Shown here: in pieces, positions 56,999 through 64,000 of the stretch
Numbering within the stretch: position 1 is the first letter of the stretch
Layout of the letters: each line of letters opens with the position of its first letter
Assembly: GCA_019057795.1 (NCBI GenBank)
Contig: JAHLWS010000071.1
Span: forward strand, 1 to 64,000
Direction: 5' to 3'
DNA from: Promethearchaeota archaeon
GTDB taxonomy: Archaea; Asgardarchaeota; Lokiarchaeia; Sigyniarchaeales; SOKP01
DNA length: 64,000 nucleotides
Notes under the pieces: generated by a model
What the model was told of the DNA's origin: nothing
The model's input: the letters and a program-made list of their open reading frames with translations, nothing else
Database searches by the model: none
Program-made: the position numbers and the translations under genes

Positions 56999-59185
56999 TT
57001 ATCTTTTCACGCACTGTTCATTTAAAATTTTATGAGTTTCGCAATTAGAGCAAAATCCATTAACAGAATCGTCCTTAAAGCTATCGCTCCAACATTTTGG
57101 ACAAATATAATAAGGTAAAGGTTTACCATTCTTTCTTTTCACGATTTTAAAGGTATTAAAGCCACATATTGAGCAGAAGGAAGTTTTTAATATAGTAATT
57201 CTACCAGTTTTGGGAACGGAGAGGTAAGTTTTGCAATCTATATTTGAACACGCGAGAAATCTTTTCTTTTGTGAGGTCGTAACTAGCTTCATTGGAAATT
57301 TTTTGCAGGTTGGGCAATTAGCAGTAGTTATTGGATATCTTTTTTGTTTAAAGTCATGTTGCATTGCTGTTTTTAAATTTTTTTTAACGCTATCAAATCT
57401 TAAAGTAATTGCATTTCTGTTGTTAAGAAACTTATCAAACAATTCAAGGAAAATTTTTTTTACAATTTTTATCACGTCTTCTTTAGTCTTCCTATTTTCC
57501 TTTATGTCTTCGAGTAATTTTTCCACAAATCGCGTAAATTCAGGTTTTAAGAACGGTAACCATACTTTTATTAATTCTCGTATTATAAATTTGCCCCACT
57601 CCGTTATTTTGAAATGATTTTTGTCAATTCGCAAGATTAATTTACGATCGATAAGAATTTTAATTATAGTAGGACGAGTCGATTTAGTTCCTAGGTGTTC
57701 TCTCTCCATTAATTTCAAAAGAGTAGTATCAGTATATTTTGGTGGAGGCTGAGTTTCCTTTGCGTTTAATTGAATATTTTTAATTGGAAGTTGTTTTGCT
57801 TCGATTTCTATCGTTGGTTGATAGCTTTTCTTTAAAAAAGGCGCAATTTCATAAAAACCACTTGAGACTAACGAAACCAATCGCGAAGTAAATGGTTCTT
57901 CTTTTATAGATATTTTTAAAATTGTCCTCGATTCTTTTGCTTGTTCTCCGAAAAGAGCTAAATAATGTCGAGCTAATAAATCGTAAACTCTTCTTTGAAT
58001 ATTTTGTTCAAATTTAGAACTATTTTGTTCCAAGCTCTCTAAAGGAGTAATGGGAGGGTGATCTCCGGCGTCAAATTTCCCAATTGTAGGCATTACGCGT
58101 TTTTTAGTTAGTAATTTTAAAGTGTAAGATCCATAGTTAGTGTGAAGTTTGAACTTATCCAAATACTGAATATGGTTAAAAATTGATTGGTATTTATCGC
58201 TATCAGTCCTAGGATAAGAAATTATCTTATTTAAGTAGAGCGCGTTCATGGCGTTCATGGCAGCATTTGCGCTAATCTTTAACCTCCTAGTTAATAAAAC
58301 GAGCGCTTTCGAAGTATTCAAAGGCGTCGGAGGGTTTATAACATTTGTATTTTTACTATTGCTCAAAATTACAGCAATTTTTTCATTTTTTATTTTTTGA
58401 TGGATATTTTTTGCCTCCAGTTCCTCCTCTTTAATAAAAGGGTTCTTATCGTGGAAGGCTTTTATTATATGGGTTTTATAGCTTAAATTCGCTTCTATTG
58501 TCCAATATGGTACAGGTACAAATCGCTCTATTTCTTGATCCCTTAAGAATATTAAATAGAGCAAAGACGTCTGTACCCTCCCTATCGACACAAATTTAGC
58601 ATTAATCTCGTTTAGTAAAGGCTTAAACGTATTTGTAACCTCTCTCGTGCTTGAGAACCCAATTATCGCGTCAATTATGGCTCTAGCCTCGCCTGTCTCA
58701 CCCCAACTCCACTTTGGATTTATCAAATTGGAATATTTAGAAATAATCTCTTTTTTTTGTAATGAACTTAACCACAACTGACGCACTTTAATAGTTTTAT
58801 TAGCTTTAATAACAAACGGTAAGGCGTCAAAAAGCCCAATGTTGCATCCTTCAATATCTGCATCGGTACCGATTACGCATTCATCGCATAATTTAGCGTA
58901 CTCTTTTAACGCGCTAATATATGGCCTAGAATAACTCTTGGAGGCTTTTTCTATTGAATTTGGATTAGTAATTATTTCCCTAGGATTAGATTTCGTCCAA
59001 CTTTTAAATAGATCGGTGTTTTTATACTCTAAAATATGTCCTCGAAGAGGAACAACGTAAATATCTTTAGAATTTACCCGATATACTTTTAAGAATTTTG
59101 TTTTGTTTATAGTCGTAACAGGACCTAATGCTTCGGCTATTGCCTTTGCTGCTTTATTTTTTTCCGATATTATTAAAATCGTCAT
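56999..59185 (-). CDS. topA: Type IA DNA topoisomerase (Topo III-like) with C-terminal zinc fingers
   Basis: ISEK, GHI, TDADIEG, SIGRVQT, ISYPRTDS (catalytic Tyr), DHPPITP, LGTKSTR; four Cys pairs at the C-terminus. Confidence 0.93.
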   Translation of the reverse strand: MTILIISEKNKAAKAIAEALGPVTTINKTKFLKVYRVNSKDIYVVPLRGHILEYKNTDLFKSWTKSNPREIITNPNSIEKASKSYSRPYISALKEYAKLCDECVIGTDADIEGCNIGLFDALPFVIKANKTIKVRQLWLSSLQKKEIISKYSNLINPKWSWGETGEARAIIDAIIGFSSTREVTNTFKPLLNEINAKFVSIGRVQTSLLYLIFLRDQEIERFVPVPYWTIEANLSYKTHIIKAFHDKNPFIKEEELEAKNIHQKIKNEKIAVILSNSKNTNVINPPTPLNTSKALVLLTRRLKISANAAMNAMNALYLNKIISYPRTDSDKYQSIFNHIQYLDKFKLHTNYGSYTLKLLTKKRVMPTIGKFDAGDHPPITPLESLEQNSSKFEQNIQRRVYDLLARHYLALFGEQAKESRTILKISIKEEPFTSRLVSLVSSGFYEIAPFLKKSYQPTIEIEAKQLPIKNIQLNAKETQPPPKYTDTTLLKLMEREHLGTKSTRPTIIKILIDRKLILRIDKNHFKITEWGKFIIRELIKVWLPFLKPEFTRFVEKLLEDIKENRKTKEDVIKIVKKIFLELFDKFLNNRNAITLRFDSVKKNLKTAMQHDFKQKRYPITTANCPTCKKFPMKLVTTSQKKRFLACSNIDCKTYLSVPKTGRITILKTSFCSICGFNTFKIVKRKNGKPLPYYICPKCWSDSFKDDSVNGFCSNCETHKILNEQCVKR

Positions 59186-59398
59186 TAAATTGTTTTTCTT
59201 TTGCTAAATTCACTTTTATATTAATGTGATTTAAATTTATTATAAAAGTTAACAGAAACTTAAATTACTAATTGCTTGCTTGCTTATAAATGAAAAATCT
59301 CAAGAGAAATAAGATAATTTCCCTTATTATAATTTTTTATTATGTATTTATTATTTTCACTACTTAGCTATCAATAACCGGAATAGGGTTCAAATTTA

Positions 59399-62300
59399 TT
59401 ACTTTGGTAGAGTAAAACTAATCTCGGCTCCCTTATCCCTTCCTTCAGATTCCACCCAGATTTTACCACCATGCACTTCAATCATCCCTTTACTAATAAA
59501 TAGTCCTAATCCACTTCCTTTTTCAAAAGCAGAATAGCTTTCAGTGGCTTGCCCAATTGTAACAAATTTACCAAACAATTTCTCAATTTCTTTTAAAGTT
59601 AACCCCTTTCCGTGATCCTTTATTTTAAAAAGAAAATTTTGATTTTCTTCTAAAACATTAACATTAATTGTACGATCGTTAGTAGAAAATTTCACTGCAT
59701 TTGATAAAATATTCGAGAAAACTTGCGTGATTCTAAATCGATCTACTTTTAGTTCAAGATCCTCGGGGATATTTAAGTTTATAGCTAATTTTTTTTGAAT
59801 AATTTGATATTCTAATTCAGAAAGGCAATCTGTTATTATATCGTAAATATTTTCGACTTTCTTAACTATTTCGATTTTGCCCGCATCGATTTTCATCACA
59901 TCCAATAACCGATTTATGTAACTTTCCAAACGGGCTACATTGCTTAGTACTCGATTTAAATCTTCTTTAATATCATCTTTTAAATCTTTCTCTCTTAATA
60001 AAATTAAATCGATATAGCCCCCCACAGAAATTAAGGGTGTTTTTAAGTCGTGAGCGGCAATGCTAATAAAATCGGTTTTTAATCTATCTAATTCTTTTAG
60101 CTCTATATTTTGCTGCCTTAAGATTCGCTCGGATTCTTTCAATTTCTCCTCTGCGATTTTTTTTTCAGTTATATCTTGAATTATAGCTTGAATTATTGTT
60201 TCACCAGCTATTTTAATAGTGGATATTTCAGATTCGACCCACAACATTTTGTTATCTTTGTTAAATATTCGTACAGTTTGGGGTTTCATTACGATACTCA
60301 TTGGGTCCCTTTTACGCTCCAGCTCTTGAAGCGTTCTCAATCCTGGTTTTGTTTCTGAAGGAAAAAGGTTTGAAAGTTTTAAATAATTCTTACCAATAAG
60401 GTCCTCTTTTTTATAACCAAACAATTCAGACGTTTTAGAATTAATGTCAATAATTTCACCTTTATTGTTTAAGAGCGCAATACTGAATGGAGAGTTTTCG
60501 TATAAATGGCGATATTTACGTTCAGATTCTCTTAATTCCTTCGTTCTTTCAAAAATTATTTTCTCAAGTTCTCTATTCAATATTTTTAATTCTTCTTCAG
60601 ATTTCTGTAATTTTAAGGCAGCTTCTTTTTTTCCCGTGACATCCTGAATTAAGACTTGTATAAAAGTTTCATCTCCTAATTTAATCGTAGATGCGCGAAT
60701 ATTAATCCATTTTTCTACTTTATCTGCGCGAGTAATTTTGAATTCTAACGGTTTTACTGGCTCATTATTGATAAAACTTTCAAATCTACTTTTTAAAAGC
60801 GGAATAAAATATTCTGGTCGATCGAATAAAGTTAAAATTTCTATAAAATTCTTTCCAATAAGGTCCTCTCTCTTGTATTTAGATGGTAATATATTCATAG
60901 TCGAATTACAGTCAATTATTTTCCCCTTTAAATCTATAATCCATATGGCAAACGGAGAACTTTCAAATAAGTGTCGATATTTTTTCTCCGACATAATTAG
61001 TTTTTTCTCCGCTTGTTTACGGGCGGTTATAACTCTTGCAAAACTTATGGCTTTAGTAATTTTTCCGTTTTCTTTCAAAGGAACCGCATTTATCTCACAA
61101 TCATAAACTTCACCTAGAGTGTTTTTTGCAGTAATTTCAAGACCTTTAATTACTTTTCCTGCTTTCAATTCATTAATTTGGACTTTTAATTCTTCGAGAT
61201 TTGCTCCTGCAAAAAATTCTAGAATTTTTTTATTTTGCGCTTCTTTTAAACTTATTTTAGTTTTCTCAAGAAAAGCTTGATTGGCATCTAATATATAACC
61301 TTTTAAATCAGTGAGATATACTAAATCAGGGCTGGCATTAAAAATAGTGTGGTATTTTTCTTCTGATTCTTTAATTTTTTTATCGGCTTCTTTGCGTTCT
61401 GTAATATCCCTTCCAATAATTATTCCTTTAATCTTACCTTCTCTATCTTTAAAAGTGTTTCCTTTAACTTCTATCCATATCCAACGATTATTTTTATGTC
61501 TAATTCTTAGCTCTAAAACGCCTTTGCCTGTATCGAGACCTTCAACCATCGTTTTAATAGCAATTTTTTTATCACCAGGATGAATAATTGCTAGAACTGA
61601 TTTTCCAATAATCTCATTGTTGGTATAACCTAAGGTCCTTAACCATGGTTGTTTATTTGCGTATTCAATTTGAAGATTTTGATTTAAAATACTAATCAAA
61701 TCATAAGCATTCTCTGATATCAATTTGTATCTCTCTTCTGAGCGTTTAAGTTTCTCTTTTAGAAGAATTTTCTCGGTAAAGTCTTGTACCATTCCACAAA
61801 AACCAGATTTAGCACCTTTAGCATCGTATTTTAAATATACTGATGAATTTACTACGATTTTTTGTCCATTTTTCTGAAGAAACTCAAACTGGAAATTACG
61901 TTGTACCACCTCTTTTTTATAAACTTGGTTATAGAAGTTGAATACTTTTTTCCTATTGAATTCATCTGTCAAATTTTGATAACTTTTACCAAGTAATTCT
62001 TCTTTTGAATAACCCGTCATTTCGCAAAATGATTCATTTAAAAACATAAAAGTTCCTTTTAAATCAACTTCAAAATACCCTTCTTTAATGTTTTCTAATA
62101 TGCTTCTATATTTATTCTCAGATTCTTTTATCTTTTGCTCAGCGTTCACTCTATTAGTGATATTGTTATAAGTGCATAGAATTCCTACGATATCCCCTTC
62201 AAGATTATGAAGCGGTACTCGATTTATTTCAAACCACGCTTTGCTTCCGTTGTGTAATATCCACGATTCAATCTTTTCTTCACTTTGATTATTATTCATA

Positions 62301-62992
62301 ACCCTTTTTTCATTTTCTTGAATTAATTTTAAGTTAGCTTTAGCCCATGGTAAATTTTCATCAGTTTTTCCGACAATAAAATCTGGATCTTCAACATTAT
62401 TTACGAAAGCATAATTTTGGTTACAACCCAGATAAGTTAAATTTTTATCTTTCCAATAAATTAATTGAGGAATATTATCGATAACAGAGTCCAACATCTC
62501 TCGCGATTTTTGAAACGATGTTTTCTCACCTTTAGTTTGCAATAATTTCCAGAATCGAAGCTCTGGCATGGTTTCTGCCAATCTTCTTAAGTTAAATTCG
62601 CGCTTAAGCCATTCATCTTCTTTTTGCTTAAATTCAGAGATGTCTCGAGAAATTATTAATATTTTAACTTTTTCAGCGTCATTAATAAATCGTTTTCCCT
62701 TTAATTCATAATATCCATATCCTTCTTTTTGACGAATCCTTATCTGCTCGATTGCTTTTCCAGTTTTTAAGATGTTTTGAAGAAAAATCAAACCTCGATT
62801 TAAATCGCTGTAATAAAAGTTATCTAAGATTTTATGAGCTAAACAGGAATAACCTAATTTTTTCAGATGGACTCTTTCATTAATATATTCACATTCAAAG
62901 TTTTCATTTATAATATAAATTAAATCATCAAAATTTTCTTTAAGAATTTCGCCAATATTATATTCTTTTCCAAAATCGGAAACTGATGCCAT
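59399..62992 (-). CDS. Multi-PAS sensor histidine kinase
   Basis: About 7 PAS/PAC units, H-box AAHDLKTPL, N-box NILSNAVKF, DHGKG, GSGLGL; no TM segment or receiver domain. Confidence 0.95.
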   Translation of the reverse strand: MASVSDFGKEYNIGEILKENFDDLIYIINENFECEYINERVHLKKLGYSCLAHKILDNFYYSDLNRGLIFLQNILKTGKAIEQIRIRQKEGYGYYELKGKRFINDAEKVKILIISRDISEFKQKEDEWLKREFNLRRLAETMPELRFWKLLQTKGEKTSFQKSREMLDSVIDNIPQLIYWKDKNLTYLGCNQNYAFVNNVEDPDFIVGKTDENLPWAKANLKLIQENEKRVMNNNQSEEKIESWILHNGSKAWFEINRVPLHNLEGDIVGILCTYNNITNRVNAEQKIKESENKYRSILENIKEGYFEVDLKGTFMFLNESFCEMTGYSKEELLGKSYQNLTDEFNRKKVFNFYNQVYKKEVVQRNFQFEFLQKNGQKIVVNSSVYLKYDAKGAKSGFCGMVQDFTEKILLKEKLKRSEERYKLISENAYDLISILNQNLQIEYANKQPWLRTLGYTNNEIIGKSVLAIIHPGDKKIAIKTMVEGLDTGKGVLELRIRHKNNRWIWIEVKGNTFKDREGKIKGIIIGRDITERKEADKKIKESEEKYHTIFNASPDLVYLTDLKGYILDANQAFLEKTKISLKEAQNKKILEFFAGANLEELKVQINELKAGKVIKGLEITAKNTLGEVYDCEINAVPLKENGKITKAISFARVITARKQAEKKLIMSEKKYRHLFESSPFAIWIIDLKGKIIDCNSTMNILPSKYKREDLIGKNFIEILTLFDRPEYFIPLLKSRFESFINNEPVKPLEFKITRADKVEKWINIRASTIKLGDETFIQVLIQDVTGKKEAALKLQKSEEELKILNRELEKIIFERTKELRESERKYRHLYENSPFSIALLNNKGEIIDINSKTSELFGYKKEDLIGKNYLKLSNLFPSETKPGLRTLQELERKRDPMSIVMKPQTVRIFNKDNKMLWVESEISTIKIAGETIIQAIIQDITEKKIAEEKLKESERILRQQNIELKELDRLKTDFISIAAHDLKTPLISVGGYIDLILLREKDLKDDIKEDLNRVLSNVARLESYINRLLDVMKIDAGKIEIVKKVENIYDIITDCLSELEYQIIQKKLAINLNIPEDLELKVDRFRITQVFSNILSNAVKFSTNDRTINVNVLEENQNFLFKIKDHGKGLTLKEIEKLFGKFVTIGQATESYSAFEKGSGLGLFISKGMIEVHGGKIWVESEGRDKGAEISFTLPK

Positions 62993-63137
62993 ATATAATA
63001 AAACCTCTTTAAGATATTAGAAACTAAATACTTATGTTATATCTTAGTAAATATTTCTAATAATGTTAACCTTTTAGTAAAAATATAAAAGAGATTTTTC
63101 TAATCTCCAATTATAGAATGGATATAAAAATTACATT

Positions 63138-63734
63138 ATGACATTTATTGAACCTTCTTTTGAAATCGACGAGAAAGGTAGAGTTATTTGTCAATCCCAT
63201 TCAAATTATCCTCAATTTCTTAAACCTGAGAAGACACCATTTGAAGACTTGCAGATGGAAACCCAATTAACCTGTAAAACGTGTTCACATTATAAAAACG
63301 ACGATTGTTATTTTCCTAAGGCTGACATAGATAAAATTGATTTGGATAGAATAAATAGAACTCTTTTTGAATGCAATCTTTGTGGTAATAAAATCGATCG
63401 CATGTTAACGATCATGCAAAAAATTTATTTAGAGGAAAAATTTCAAATGAAAATGCCTCTTATTTGCTGTAGTTGTTACGAAAGTTTAAAAGAAAAGAAA
63501 TTCGATGAATATTTTAACAAAAGATTTTGGGAAGCTTTAATTTTTTATGCGCCAGTTTTATTTTCACTCGCTAATCCCTATCCAACCAATTTAATATTAG
63601 CGATTGGTTCTTTTTTCATTGTTATCATTTTAAAGATTATTATTAAGCAATATTTTCATTATAGTCTCTTTTTGATAGACTTATTAAAAGGAAAGAAATT
63701 CTACAATAAATATTTCCGAGATAAAGACGGATAA
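63138..63734 (+). CDS. Cys-rich hypothetical protein with C-terminal TM pair
   Basis: CQSH, CKTC, CNLC, CCSC, then a hydrophobic hairpin. Confidence 0.75.
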   Translation: MTFIEPSFEIDEKGRVICQSHSNYPQFLKPEKTPFEDLQMETQLTCKTCSHYKNDDCYFPKADIDKIDLDRINRTLFECNLCGNKIDRMLTIMQKIYLEEKFQMKMPLICCSCYESLKEKKFDEYFNKRFWEALIFYAPVLFSLANPYPTNLILAIGSFFIVIILKIIIKQYFHYSLFLIDLLKGKKFYNKYFRDKDG

Positions 63735-63760
63735 AATGGATTTTTTTCCAATTTTTCGTT

Positions 63761-64000
63761 TTATGCTAAGTTTCCAGCCCAACCTCGGACTTTTTTTCTG
63801 AATTTTTCTTGTTTTAAAATAATTAAATCGAGCTCCTTTTTAGTTTTATTAGATAAATTCTCAATTTCGGGTACTAATTTGTATTTAATAAAATAATTTT
63901 TAACTTCTTTTGATATTAATTTACTTGGTATTTTTTCAGGGTCATTTTTAAAGCGACTATAAAGTTTTTCCCAAGAATCGAGAAAGTTTTCAATGTTATT
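63761..64000 (-). CDS. Partial hypothetical protein (C-terminal end; runs off the window)
   Basis: Open frame NNIENFLDSWEKLY...KFRKKVRGWAGNLA*. Confidence 0.65.
   Translation of the reverse strand, partial: NNIENFLDSWEKLYSRFKNDPEKIPSKLISKEVKNYFIKYKLVPEIENLSNKTKKELDLIILKQEKFRKKVRGWAGNLA

Noticed and set aside
1430-61583. Numerous short antisense ORFs in the track (e.g. 1430-1750, 15814-16152, 33634-34035, 37144-37431, 50798-51196, 57231-57617)
   Set aside because: Shadow ORFs opposite well-supported genes, with no motifs
1-64000. Selenoprotein (in-frame TGA + SECIS) or stop-codon recoding
   Set aside because: No redox ORF appears interrupted at a Cys-equivalent TGA; the breaks seen are truncations or frameshifts

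Overview
AT-rich archaeal chromosomal segment, most consistent with an Asgard archaeon of the Lokiarchaeia/Promethearchaeota type. This is inferred from an actin-family gene, two TFB-type proteins, a tungsten AOR, a multi-PAS kinase, oligo-T intergenic tracts and frequent TTG/GTG starts. About 55 CDS, mostly peptide/amino-acid fermentation and redox enzymes, transporters, two PIN-type toxin-antitoxin pairs and several gene remnants. No rRNA, tRNA, CRISPR array or transposase was recognised. Main points of interest: (1) a divergent actin paralog two genes downstream of a coiled-coil / Pro-rich-repeat / WH2-like-tail protein, resembling a nucleation-promoting-factor plus Arp module; (2) two tandem P2-like P-type ATPases whose TM4 PEGL is replaced by PINI/PINL, echoing the PISL motif of P4 lipid flippases; (3) a CWH43/PGAP2IP-like membrane EEP protein; (4) a type IA topoisomerase with a TOP3B-like four-zinc-finger tail; (5) a GC-rich motif present three times that closes a ~120-nt structured element and brackets a wHTH + 7TM gene pair. 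All family calls come from motif recognition by eye; no searches were run.
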